This document shows, one piece after another, positions 50,917 to 63,830 of a DNA stretch of 64,000 bases (positions within the stretch are counted from its first letter, which is position 1; each line of letters begins with the position of its first letter). Position numbers and translations under genes: made by a program. Location of the stretch: positions 37,264,001 through 37,328,000 of the forward strand of contig CM052816.1 in NCBI GenBank assembly GCA_028534125.1, read 5' to 3'. The notes below the pieces were generated by a model. The model was given only the letters and a program-made list of their open reading frames with translations. It had not been told where the DNA came from and searched no databases. The DNA comes from Lama glama (lineage: Eukaryota).

Positions 50917-53056
50917 AGATTTTTACAAAGAGAAAGGTGTTAGGAAAAGTAGTCTTTTCAACAAGTGGTGGTGGATCAATTAAATACTCATAAAAATAAA
51001 CCTCAAGTCATGTCTTACATCATATGTAAAATGCAGTTTCAGATAGGTAACAGACCTAACTCTAAAAGTTAAAACTATAAAGTTTCTTTAAGACAAAATG
51101 AAAGAATATGTTTGTGACATTGGACTAGGAATTCTTCCATATAAGACAAAAAAGCATAAAAGTAAAAGAAAAAAGGAATCAATTGGACTGTGTCAAAATT
51201 TAATACTTCTGCTCTTCTAAAAATATCATGAAGAAAAATAAAAGGCAAGTCACAGACTAGGAGAAAATAGTTGCTAAACATATTTTTGAAAAAGAAATTT
51301 TATCTAGAACAAATGTAAATATTTATAACTTAATTAAAAAGTAATGCAATTAAAATGAGTATATTTAAATAGACAGCTCATCAGAAAAGAGATGATTGGC
51401 AAATAAGAATACAGAAGCTGTTCATCACTAGTTATTTGGGAAATGCAGACTAAAATCATTGTGAGATATTATGATATACTTACTAGAATGAAATAATATG
51501 AAAAAGTGTAAAAATCTGACAATGATTCAGATCAACTAGAAATACTGTACGTTGCTGATGGAAATGCAAAATGGTGCAACCATTATAGAGAAGAGCATGA
51601 TAGTGTCTTATCTACATACATTTCCTACGATCCTAAAGTCCTACTTCTACTTATTTACCTAAGAGAAAGGAATACATATGTTCACACAAAGTCTTGTATG
51701 CGACTGTTTATAATGGCTTTATTCACAATAATCCTAGGCTGACAAAAACTCAAATATTCATTAATTTGATATTGGTTTAAACATACATTACAGTCCATGC
51801 ATACTTATTGCAAATCACAAATAAAAAATAATAATGCATCACCGGCATGAGCAAAAACAGGGCTAAATATCAAAAACATGCTAAATGAAATAAGCTAGAC
51901 AGAAAAGTCTACACAGTGCACTTAGGTGACTTTCTAGAGAAGGCAAATTACAGGCATAGAAATCAGTCAGGGATTGCCAGGGACTGGTTTTGGCAATGAT
52001 TGGGGGTTGACTGAAAGTAACGTAGGGAAGATTTGGGATGATGACAATGTATATCACAGTTGGGGTGCTGGTTACATCACTGTACACGTTTGTCAAAACA
52101 AATGCTAGTGTACACAAATAAATGGTGAGTTTAATTGTATGCAAATTAAACCTCAGGAAACCTTAGAAAAAGTGAAGTGGAGTCTCTTTAGACATAAAAG
52201 TGATACATATTGCTGAGTAATCCTAAGGAAAGTTTAATCTGCTTCTTCTATAATTACCTTGATTGAAAAGTCTTTTAATTTTGGCCTTGAGTCTAAATAT
52301 TACTTAAATTAAAATAATTAATTTATATTGAAAGAAGTAAGAAAACAATTTTCTCTTCATAGATTCAACAGATATAATATAGATAGCTCAAATAAACATT
52401 TTATTTTTCTTACTTTGTTTTAATTATAAAATTAACATGTTTGTTTAAATTAATTAAACAAAATAATGTAAATAAAACACTCCCCAATATCCCTTCACTA
52501 TAATACTTCAGTCACTCCTTTAAGGTATGTGTGGAGACACATAAACAGCAATTCTGGACATGTCTCCATGTCTGCTCTCTACTAGTATAAATCAAGTTGA
52601 ATGTGTTAATTGTACCCTGTAAAGTCAACTATGTTCAATTTAATGTGTTTAGATGAAATTGGTATCCTTGTTAAGTACACCTATACCTGTCAAACCTGGA
52701 GGGATCGAGAGTGGCTTGGCAGAGCTGGGCATTCATCTTTCTGACCACTTAGAGTTCAAATGGACTTTCAGGCTCTCCAGCTGTTAAAAGTCTCTTCCGT
52801 GCCCATCTACCACTCCCTGTACCTCCATCCCTCAAATCAAGTAGACTATTGGCCCTGCATATTTGAGCTTAATTTATGGCATGTAATCTATAAACCTGAC
52901 GTTACTTGTGTATTAAAATTTTAGCCCTCAGAATTAATCAGAGGTAATTAGGATTCAAGCTATTTGAGGGGGAAAAAAAAACAGCTATTAAGTAATCTGA
53001 AATATTTGAATGAAAATGAACTAAAGGTAAATTTAAATCTGATATGCCTGGAGAAA

Positions 53057-53306
53057 AAAATATCACTGATGTTTAGGTCAAATATCCTTTTTTACTGTAT
53101 CCTTATTCATTACATATAGTACTTATATTAAGCCATGAAGGTAAATCATTAGTATGAGAATGGTTCTTGAAAATATGAGACTATAAATATATATTGAAAT
53201 AATATTTTCATTATACTTTAGAAAATCCTTAATCTAACACTCTACAGTATGAAAGACTTAAATCATAGTAGGGTCATTGAAGGACTGGCACTGAAAATAT
53301 CACTGA
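53057..53306 (+). repeat. Templated insertion: copy of 54531-54954 with two internal gaps, flanked by a 13-bp TSD
   Basis: 53072-53294 is near-identical to 54531-54736 + 54928-54954; AAAATATCACTGA at 53057-53069 and 53294-53306. Confidence 0.92.
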
Positions 53307-53346
53307 CCTGAACATTGAAATGCTAATAAAAAAACAAAACATTTTC

Positions 53347-53484
53347 AAAAGGTCTTTTAAGGGGGTGAGGGTCCTAGCTCAGCAGTAAGCACATACTTAA
53401 CAGGCATGAAGTCCTGGGTTCAGTCCCCCGTACCTCCGCTGAAACACACACATACATGCACACACACACAAAAAGATATTTTAA
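53347..53484 (+). mobile_element. tRNA-Ala-derived SINE (camelid Vic-1 type)
   Basis: GGGGGTGAGGGTCCTAGCTCAG (A box)...GTCCTGGGTTCAGTCCCC (B box)...TACCTCC, CA-rich tail; TSD AAAAGGTCTTTTAA (53347-53360) and AAAAGATATTTTAA (53471-53484). Confidence 0.85.
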
Positions 53485-54733
53485 TATTAAGGAAGTGATT
53501 TTTCTATATAGAGAGAGATTTTGCTCCTGACTACAATCGCAATTAATCATCCAAACAATTATTATCTACAGATAATAAAATAAGAGGTATTTGACTCTAA
53601 AATATTGGCTATTTTCAATAATTCTATGCATTAGATATATAGACACTTCATATATCTAGATATTTAATGTGCTTCTAAATTATATATTTTTAAGACCTAT
53701 ATTAGAAGCCTTTTTCTTTATGAGATAGAATATTGATATTTTTACTTTAATTATGAATTGATTTTCTCCTCACTATGAGTAACATTTCAGCAATTCTGTA
53801 CCAAGTGATATTTCTTCTGATGTCAGAGAAATTACTCTGTTCACTTCTAAATATGTATGTGTGGTGATGCCCTATTTTTCACTCAGACTTCTCAAAGTAT
53901 GGCCTCAGTCTCTCATTATTCCAGCAAAAGCCAACCGGCTTTTGTAGCTGTTTCACAGTCTTCTTGGCTCTAGGAAGGTTCAGCTGCTTTCTTTGCTTAC
54001 CTGAATCCATCACCACGACCAATATGTTTCTAACACCCCGCTCAGCCGTTTTACTCTACTGTTCCCACATTATTTATAGTGAGAGGACAGAAGAGGACAC
54101 GGGTCCACGACATTGGTGTCTGATGCTCTTGGTGCACCCTTTTCAAATCTCTTCTTTAAAGAGTAGTGGGAGTGGCAGCATGTTGTGAGGTACTGCCTGA
54201 TCTTGTCTTTCCTGCATATTTCATTTTCATTTAAATTAAGCTATACCTTTTGGAGGGGAAGTCTATTTTTCAAATATAAAACTCTGAATTTGGCATTTTG
54301 GTCCAATAGTTACTCTAAGATCGCTCCCTTCCCTCAGACAATGTCATACTCATATCTCATAAGCCAAAATAAGGAAATAACACAAGATTAATCTGGAAGT
54401 TGGGAAGGAAAATAACATAATAATCATCTGTTAGTACTTCACATATTATCCTATCATACACTATTCTTTTCTTATACATTTTTGTGGAAGTCATTATTGA
54501 GACAGTTTTTATGAGCTTCTCACTTCATGCTTTAGGTCAAACATCCTTTTTACTGTATCCTTATTCATTACATATAGTACTTATATTAAGCCATGAAGGT
54601 AAAATTATAACATATCATTAGTATGAGAATGGTTCTTGAAAATATGAGACTATAAATATATATTGAAATAATATTTTCATTATACTTTAGAAAATCCTTA
54701 ATCTAACACTCTACAGTATGAAAGACTTAAATC

Positions 54734-54800
54734 ATATGTGTGTGTCTCTATATATATATATAGAGAGAGAGAGAGACACACACACACACACATATATATA
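54734..54800. repeat. Self-complementary compound microsatellite (TG)n(TC)n(TA)n(GA)n(CA)n(TA)n
   Basis: Direct inspection; motif order is symmetric under reverse complementation. Confidence 0.95.
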
Positions 54801-56864
54801 AAATGATAAAATGTTGAACACTTTCTGTTTCATAAATTAGTTGGTTTTGATTATTTTTTAAGTCAAACATGCAAAAGTACCCCATGTTGTAGTTAAGTTA
54901 ACTCGACAGAAGATTTTATATCTCCTGGTAGGGTCATTGAAGGATTGGCACTGAGAATTAGAGAAAAAGGTGAAACAGGCAAATCTCAGAAAAATAACAC
55001 TTTTTTGGTTAAATAATAATCAAGTCACTAGGGATGAGATTAGCTGACAGCATGAAATCCTCCGAGAAGACGCTTGCCTAAAATGGATTTGGAAACGTTC
55101 AAGGTGCCTCCCTGGATGCTATTATGAAGTAGTCCAATTAAAATGTATTAAAAAAAACAATTATTTTGTCAAATATGTTATTAAACAACACATTATGTAG
55201 CATGCTTTTGTGATGACAAATGTGGCAGTCTTTAAGCTACTGAAGCTGTAGGGAGAACCGATGATTTCTGGGTCCATGAGATGCTTCAGAGAGAGGAAAC
55301 TTCATCATCATGAACTGCCCTCAAGCTTAGAAAGAGGGAATTAAGAGGATCTCAGAATAACACAATAGAAGGTAAAGATTGTAACGGTAAGGTTATAAAA
55401 TCACCGTGTTTTTCTCTAGTAAATTTTCAGGATAGATCTAGTAGAATCTAGTAGAATCAGGATAGATTTTTGAAAGTTTTTTGATTTATTCTTTTAGCAG
55501 CTCCTCCTTTCAGGATCTATTTCCTGTATCATTTTACTTTTCACACTGGACCTTGGTGTGAAGGTAATGAGTCAGAAACAGGGAAAAAGAAAAAAATGTA
55601 AGAATTAACAGCTTGAGTGACAGTTTTGTACGTTATTCCATGACTTTGTTGACATGAAACTATTTTTTTTTCCTATTTAGATTCTGTTTTCAGCATATGG
55701 GAGATGTAATAAAATTTTTAGATATACAAACTTACTGAGGAATCAGATTTGATTAGGATGCATTGACCTTAAAAAGATTAAAAGATCTTTTTATCCTTTC
55801 ATTGTATATTTTTTAAATCTGTTCACAGTATGTTTCTGGCCTCCCAATTACCTTAAGGTATATGAACTATAATAGCTTGTTAAATTACTTAAGGAAAGTA
55901 AGGTGCAGTCATTGAGTTACATTGGTATGACTGTTACTTAAGATAGAATTCCCTTATAAAAATGTATCCCTATATAAAGCTCTCTGCCTGCAAGTGTACA
56001 CATTTATATAGATAGATACACATATACATATATGTGTGTGTGTATATATATATGTATTTGTGTGTATAACGTAGGTACAAATTGCTACAAACAGACAAAT
56101 AGTTGGAGAGATCATTTATCTTTCTTTTCACAGTGTTTATTTAAAATTCACTTTGTAGTCAAGCCACATAAGAGACTTTGATTTGAAGAGGTTTCCTTTT
56201 GAAGGTGACAAGCTAGCTTTCACTAAAACATTAATCCTCTGGCTATTTATCAGAGATGAGAGACTATAAGGACATTGGAGACTAGAAATCTTATACTTAG
56301 AGAATAAAGAAAATCCTAGTACTTCTTGAACTCAAGGATTTTTTTTCACATTACACAAAATCGTTTAGAAAGTATATATTTGGAAATAAAATAGAAGCAT
56401 GGGCGTTCAGTCATTTATAGTGAACAAATTACAGAAAACTATCAGTTAGTGGGTGTCTCTTTAAATGGTTTTTAAAGCTCAGGAAACTGCATACACACAA
56501 ACACACAAGATTAAGGGCAAAGAACAGTTTTAATAGCTATGGCAAAAGAAAAGATAATTTAAAAGGCTTTAGTCATATTATTTATTTTGATATCACTGAG
56601 TTAGTCCCTAAGGCAAAATAAAGAGAATAAACATCGTACACAGAAGAGGCCGTCTCCTGGGATGGCTAGTCAAGGACATTATGAGTAGATGAGTGTATGG
56701 AAGCAGTGGGATATGTTTCACAAGGCTAGATTCCTCACTTTTATGTGCCTGGAACTCTCAGAGATTTCAATAGAACAGACAAAATCTAATATCAAGAAGT
56801 TAATATATTCATGAGGAAATAAAACAATCATCCCGATGAAACCAATTTTCAGAATTGTTGCTTT

Positions 56865-57125
56865 TAGACTTTGGAAAGTAGAGATCATCAAATTCAAGTG
56901 TATCATCTTCTACCATGTCTGCTGATGAGAATGCTGAAATCCAGAATGGTGCATTTTGCAAGATCACATAAGATGGAAATGGGAGGGGCTGCTATGTTGT
57001 GGAAGAGGTACTGGCCCAACAGTAAAGGGAACTGAATATTAATTCACTACGTTAGCCGTGTTGAATAGAATAACATTTCTTACCTTTCTTCTCTGTAGTT
57101 GTAAAAATAAAATGGTTGGACTAAA
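56865..57125. mobile_element. Two MIR3-like fragments in opposite orientation
   Basis: GCTGATGAGAATGCTGAAATCCAGA...TTTTGCAAGATCACA (antisense), then GTGGAAGAGGTACTGG...GTAAAAATAAAATGGTTGGACTA (sense). Confidence 0.55.
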
Positions 57126-59609
57126 ATGTAACAATTCAAAGGAATAAACAAAACATATATCAACATGTCAAGTCTTGAAAAAAGTTTTCAGAACAGCACA
57201 GTCTGATAATATTTATATATATTGAAAACACGTAAGTATTCTATATTATTTATGGATAGTCATATGAATATGAAAAGTAAAAACTGAATAGATGACTGTA
57301 AGCCAAACTCAGGCTAGTGATGGCTTCGGAGATAAGGGTAAGAGAAATATGATTGGAGCATGTAGTCAAAAGAAACACCACCTGTATCTAGAACTCAGTT
57401 CTTCTAACAAAGTATTTTCCAGTAAGGTGTATATTATAATGCTACTTTGAAATAAACTTCTCTGATTGTGTAATTTTTAATGAATAAATGAATAACATTT
57501 ATTTGAAATATTATTTTTAAATTCACTATTTCACTCTCTAATCCTCTCACATTTTGACTATACTTGCTCAGTGTTATGTTTATAATGGATATATTGATTA
57601 AAAGTAGTTGAAAATACATACTCTGAAGAAGCTTATTTCAATGTTGTAATAATTTAGAATCCTAGTCTATCAGTAAATATATGAAAATATTATTTGCATT
57701 TCTTAGTTATAATTTAGACATGTGTTTAATCAAATGAAAGCATTTTCAGGTTAATTTTTAAGATTAAGTTTAAGCCTAATCAAGCAATGGGGTCTTGATT
57801 CCTCAACAAATGATATATGGACTCCAGAGCAATTATTTCAATGTGTTACACAAATTAGCAGTAGTTTAAATAATATATGCACCAATTCACATAGTGCAAA
57901 AGCAATCATTTTATTTTATAACTCCAAGGAGTTGAATTTTAATGATTGCTAAACTTTTAAGCAACTCTTAAATCTCATGATTAAAGAGCAAGTATTTTTT
58001 CTGTTATTGATTTTGAACAATAGTGGAGACTTTCCGGTTTTAGTCAAACTTTATGTCCTAGAATAGTGGTTCTGAATCTCATAGCTTTTTGTAAAAATTT
58101 AGAAAACTATAGGAAATTTTATTTTAAATATTTTTTTAATAATCCTCATTGCCATGATTCATCAATTTAAGACAACTTGTGATTCCTGGGGGCAGAGATA
58201 ATATATCCTTGTATCCTTAATATAGGCATGTATCTTGGTACATTGAAGGCACTAAACAAAAGCCTGTCGTATTTTAATTTTTAAAAAATGCTTTATATAT
58301 GTATAGATTTGATCTGCATCTCTGAACTGTTCTTGCTATAAATAGAGAGTTTAAAAGAAGAGAAAAACACATGTCTAAATTTAAAAAAGGGGAGGGAAAT
58401 GATGGAATTGAACAATAAGATCCATTTTTGATCTGATTATATTCATCTGTTCTCTGCATAAATCCTAAATTTTCCTTTGTACCTGGCAATACATGAAGTA
58501 TTGTGGGTAACAGAAAAGAAATAGAAGATGATATTTTGTGTTTCATGAGCTTGCTATTTTTACAGAAATAATTACCTTTTATTTAAAATATCTATCAATC
58601 TATATAGCTATAATTTGGATGTTTACTCTCTTAAATTTGGGCACCTAAAATTATTCATTTGAAATGATTTATTTACGTTTTATTTGAATTCTATTAGAAA
58701 TTTGTATTATGTCTTCATTGGAAAATGCTGGTTAATATGAACCCTGTTTATTTTAGATATTCATACGTGTGGGAAGTTAAATATTTATTGTCTGTGGAAT
58801 AATTCCTGAACTACTCAAATGATGCCAAAATTCACAGTAATTAGCATCATGGACCCCATTATCTTTTAAACAAGAAAAACAAATTAGATAGCTTAGGCTA
58901 ATCACACAGGGCAAAAAATTGTTACATATAATATGTTTTATATATGTGATAGACCAGCAAAGAAACACCTTCCTCCAGACGCCTACCTCCTCCCAGATGC
59001 ACTGAAATACTGCTCTTATTGCAAAAAAAAATCCCAAATTTGTAAGAAATCAAAGCTCATTTTGTCTTTAAAAAGAGCAAATACTGCCTAGAAAAAAATA
59101 GCTTTATAATCTCAATTACTTGAAGAAGAATTTCCTTTTTTAGGAAGCTCCTGTCCTTTTGATCCTTAGAAAAATGGAAATGCCAGCAAATTTTTTTTTA
59201 GAACTGCAAGGATTAGGGCTGTGAACAGAAACTACATACATTTTGCACCTCTTTGGCAATAAAAGAAATTACAGATACGTGTTTAGAGGGATTCCCACAG
59301 AGAATGGAGACCGCATCATTTCCAGAAACCAGCAGATAACATAGTTACTTTCATGGCTTAATCTGAGGAATAACAGAAAACTTTGGCTCACTATCTTTGA
59401 CTTTGTTACCCCTCGACCTGAAATTCCTACCTGTCTCTTTGAATTGTAATGATAGAAAGTAGGATCATTGTTTCAAAAGGCCCTTACTGAATTTATTGTA
59501 TGCTGTCTAGATATGGGACTAAAACATTCGTTTAACTTGACTTCAAGTTAAAATTTAAAAAAATGTTTCATAAATAAATTCTCACTTATTTTCCTGTCTA
59601 ACAGTATTA

Positions 59610-61430
59610 CATTGAGATACCAGTACATATTGTCAGTATAGCAAAATCAAATATGATTTTATATACTACTAAGCAATTGAAAATGCAATTTTAAAATGAT
59701 GTTTGTAGTATCATAAAAGCCATATACTATTTAGGAATAACTTCATTGAAAATGTTGAGATTTTTAAATTGACAATTATAAATTATTACCAAAGTGGAAG
59801 AAAATCTAAATAAATGGAGGGTTATATCATGTTTATGGATTAGAACAAAAAGAAAAAAGAATACAAAAAGCAATATGGTAGATAGATTTAAACCCAATCA
59901 TAATGATAATCACTTTAAATGTCAATGGTCCAAATCAATTAAAGGCAAAGAATATTAAGTTGGATAAAATACTAAGAACTGAAACTTCAGTGTGTATTGT
60001 TACACTACAAATTACTCAAGATGTAGCGTGTTAAAACCAAAATGCTTTATCGTACACATTCTCTGAGAGTCAGAAAGTTTGGAAAAGCTTTAGTGAGAGG
60101 TTCTGGCTCATGGTCTTCTGTGAGGTTGCAGTCAGGTTGTTGGCCATGGCTACCCACCACCTGAAAGGCTTGATGAGGGCTGGAAGAGCCACTTGTTGGC
60201 AAGACACCTCAGTTCTTCACATTGCTGACTGAGTGTCCTTGTGATAAAGCAAGTAGCTTCCCTAGAATGAATTATTTAAAAGGGACGACAAGAAGGAAGC
60301 TGCAGTGCCTTTTATGAATAAGTTTGTGAAGGCTTACACTACTGTGTCTGCTTTATTCAATTTGTTAAAAGTGGATCCTAGAGTCCAACCTGCACTAGAG
60401 GGAAAGATAATTAGACTCAACTCTCGAAGGAAGGAATGTCAAATAATTTATGGCTATTTTTTTTAAAACCACTACATCCAACTATGTGCTATCTACAAGA
60501 GACTACTTTCAATATAAAGCCATAGATGGACTGAAAAACAAGAAGATAGGAAAATTTATACCATGCTCACACTAATAAAAACTGCTGAAGTGGCTATATT
60601 AATAAGAGACAAGGTAGAATTTAAAGTAAGAAATATTATCAGGGGTGAAGAAAATTATAAGATACAGCAGTTGATTTTTCAAGTGGGCATAGTTCTATCA
60701 AGAGAACTATTATAATCCTAATAAACCTGATAAGAAAATTCCAAAATACATGAAGTAAACAATTAATAAAGCTAAAAGGAGAAATAGATGAATCCACAAT
60801 TAGAGTTAGAGATTTCAGTATCTCCTCTCTCAATGAATGATAGGATAATTAACAGAAAGTAACTTGAAAAAGAAACAAAACTATAAACCACTCTGACCTA
60901 ACCGATAGTTACAGTAAACTCTACCCAACAGTAAGTTCAAGTATGCATGGAATATATAACAAGATATCCTGGGACAAAAACAAAACAAAACAAAACAAAA
61001 CAGCACCGAGGCTCAAATAGATTTAAATGAAATAAAATACATATGCATTGGGAAAGAAGAAATAAAACTGTTTACTTATAGACTTCATAATCATCTATGT
61101 AGAAAATCCTATGGAATCTACTCTGGCCAAAAAAAAAGCTATGAGAACTGGTCGTTGAAGACACTATATCAGTATACGAAAAACAAAACTCGTGTTTCAT
61201 ACATTAGTGTTGAACAACCAGGAAGTAAAATTAAAGTGCAACATTATTTAAAATACCATTAAAATATAATTAGGGATAAACTGAATAATGGATATACAAA
61301 ATCTATACAGTGAAAACCACAAAATATTGCTGAGAGATTGAAGAATTAAATCAATGGAGAGGGATATTCTATCGACATATGCAAGGTTTAAAATCTGAGT
61401 AAATGTGATTAATTATACCTCAATAAAGCA
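59610..61430 (+). mobile_element. Fragmented old L1 ORF2 (endonuclease and RT pieces) interrupted by an MLT1 LTR
   Basis: EN start ATCACTTTAAATGTCAATGGT (ITLNVNG) before the LTR, resuming at PTMCYLQET (60478-); RT-region IGKEEIKLF at ~61047. Confidence 0.8.
59990..60476 (-). mobile_element. MLT1 (MLT1G-like) MaLR LTR
   Basis: GGTTCTGGCTCATGGTC...TGAGGTTGCAGTCAGG...GAAGCTGCAGTGCCTTTTATGA...TTTTAAAACCACTACA. Confidence 0.85.
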
Positions 61431-61434
61431 GACT

Positions 61435-62260
61435 GTTTATTAGATATGATTCTTATACTTTAACATTACCCTTTTCAAATGCAACTCAGTGGGTTTTAGT
61501 ATATTTAGCAAGGTTGTAAAACCGTCCCCATTTTCTACTTCAAGAATATTTTTGTCACCCTAAAAAGAAATCACAGCCTCCCTTTCTCCCCTCCCTTCAA
61601 CCCCTGAAAACTAATAATTAACTTTCTATCTCTAGAGGTTTGCCTATTCTGGACATTTCATGTACATGGAAGTATATAGTATGTGGCCTTTTGTGTCTGG
61701 TTACTTTCACTTAATGTAATGTTTACAGCATTCATCTATGTTTTAGCACATATAAGTGGTTTATTCCCTTCATAGATAAGTAATATTCCTTTATATGGAC
61801 ATACTGCAGTTTTAGTTATCCACATAACACCTGATGGATGTTTGATTTGCTTTCACTTTGGGCTATTGTATGAATATTGTTATGTGTATTTGTGTACAAA
61901 TTTTGTTATGAACATATATTTTCAATTCTTATGGGTTTATGCCTAATAAAGGGATTTTTGCATATGATAACTACATTTAACTTTTTAAGAAGCTCCTAAA
62001 TGGTTTCCACAATAGCTGTACCATTCTACAGTCTCACCAGCAATGTATGAGGGTAGCAATTTCTTAATATTCTCATCAAAACCTGATATTGTCTTCTTTT
62101 TTGTTATTTCCATATGAATGCATATGAAAGTGGTCTCTCATAGATTTGATTTGCATTTCCCTAATGACTAATGATATTGAGCATCTTTTCTTTTAATAAC
62201 TGGCCATTTGTATTCTTTTGAGAAATAACTTCAAGTCCTTTAACCATTTCTTAACTGGCT
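61435..62260 (-). mobile_element. L1MB-type 3' end
   Basis: CTTTCTATCTCTAGAGGTTTGCCTATTCTGGACATTTCATGTACATGGAA...GTGGCCTTTTGTGTCTGG...CACCAGCAATGTATGAGGG. Confidence 0.88.
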
Positions 62261-63830
62261 AAAGTCTAATCCTGGACTGTTGTTTGGGAGTGCTTTTTTT
62301 GGTTACTAGTTCAATCTGTTTACTTGCTGTAGGTATCCTATACTTGCTATTGTTCTGTTCATTTTGTTTCTTCTTCAGTTCGGTTTAGTAGCGTGTATCA
62401 TTAGAGTAATTTGTCATTTCTTCTAGGTTATCTAATTTTTTGCCATGGAATCATTCTTAGTATTCCTTATAATCTATTTTACCCTTGTAAGGACTATCTT
62501 CCCACTTGCATTCCTGAGTTGAGTACTTTGAGTCTTGTTTTCTTGTGCAGTCAAGCTAACATTTTGTCAATTTTTGTTAACTTTTCAAAGAATGAGATCT
62601 TAGTTTTGTTGATTTTCTCTATTATTTCTGTATTTTTTATCATTTATTTCTGTTCTAATCTTTTAAAATTCCTCATGCTTGATTTGGGTTTAGTTTGGTC
62701 TTGTTTTCTAGTTTCTTTGATTAAAAAGTTAGGTTATTGGTTTGATATTTTTTCTCTTTTTAATGAGGCATTTATAGATATATATTTCCCTCTAAACACA
62801 ACATTGCTTTAGTTTCATCCCATAAACTTTGGTATATTTTATTTTTGTTTTTTAATCTCAAAGTATTTTTAATTTCCATTGTGATTTCTCTTCTGTGCCA
62901 TTGCTAAATTTAAATGTTTGCTGTTTAATTTCCACATATCTGTAAATTTCCCAAATTACCTTCTGTTACTGACTTCTCATTTAATCCCATTTTGGTCAGA
63001 GGAGATGTATCTTGTATTATTTCATTATTTAAAATTTATTGAGACTTATTTTGTTAATGATTGCCCTGTAGATTACAATTAACATCTTAATTTATAAGAT
63101 TCAGTTTAAAACCAACTTAATTTCAATAATATACAAAATATTTTCTCTGCATAGCTTTGTTTGCGCATTCTCCTTTGTACTGTTATTGTGATAAAAAATT
63201 ACATCATTATACATTATATCATGGTGTGGCTAAAATATAGAATTATAAGTATTTCTTTAGGCAGCTGTCTTCTACATGATATAGGTAGCATTTATATAAT
63301 TGTTTATTTTTATCAATATAGTTACCTTTCCTGGTGATTTGCATTTATTCTTGAGGATTTGAGTTTAGTATTCACTAAATTTTTATAAATTTAGGATTCA
63401 CTCTTTAGTTTTTGTTTTTTTTTTTTTTTTCAAACTAAAGGGTAGTAATTGCTAGGAAGCTCTTTGTTTACATTGGGAGCTCACCTTCAACCTCACTAAG
63501 TCTGTTGACATCATGTCTGAGTCTTCACTTGCTGCATGTGAGAGCCTCATGATTAACCAGAGGTGAGAGCTTCGGGCCTCCTCAGGTCTTTCTTGAGCAT
63601 TCACACAGCCCTGAGGGTACGCATCACTCCTGTGTGTGCTCTTCCAGGCCCGCAGGAATGTGTCAGAGCTTTTCAAAGGCCACTATGTCACCCCCCAGGT
63701 TTTCATCTGAAGATTTTTAGTTAGACTGTATTTTTGATCCAGCTGCTATCCAGTGCCTCAAGTAGCTTCAAAATGAAATAATTGCCTCGATTTGTTTTCA
63801 ACAACACTCAAAGGAAAAATGCTTTTCCTC
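62260..63830 (-). mobile_element. Old L1 fragments (ORF2, inter-ORF and L1MD/L1M4-type 5' region)
   Basis: Antisense ORF2 (TTTCCCTCTAAACAC...CATCCCATAAACTTTGGTAT); TTGCCCTGTAGATTACAATTAACATCTTAA; AGAGGTGAGAGCTT...CTCAGGTCTTTCTTGAGCAT...AGGAATGTGTCAGAGCTTTTCAAAG. Confidence 0.75.

Larger units (their letters stand above)
49480..52160 (+). mobile_element. Old L1 (L1MC/MD/ME-type) ORF2 3' half and 3'UTR
   Basis: CTCATTTTATGAGGCCAG...AGACCAATATTCCTCATAAA...EENFLNLIKVIYEK...LNGERLN; 3' end TTTAATTGTATGCAAATTAAACCTCA. Confidence 0.85.

Noticed and set aside
53361..53440. tRNA-Ala gene
   Set aside because: Mutated stems, a simple-repeat tail and a TSD indicate a SINE
54737..54927. Spliced intron explaining the gap in the 53 kb copy (processed retrocopy)
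   Set aside because: The ends are TG...TG, not GT-AG or CT-AC, and the copy has no poly(A)
62411..62812. 133-aa hydrophobic ORF as a membrane protein (similarly 11767-12141, 22091-22552, 39963-40223)
   Set aside because: Antisense reading of A-rich L1 sequence gives Phe/Leu/Ile-rich spurious ORFs
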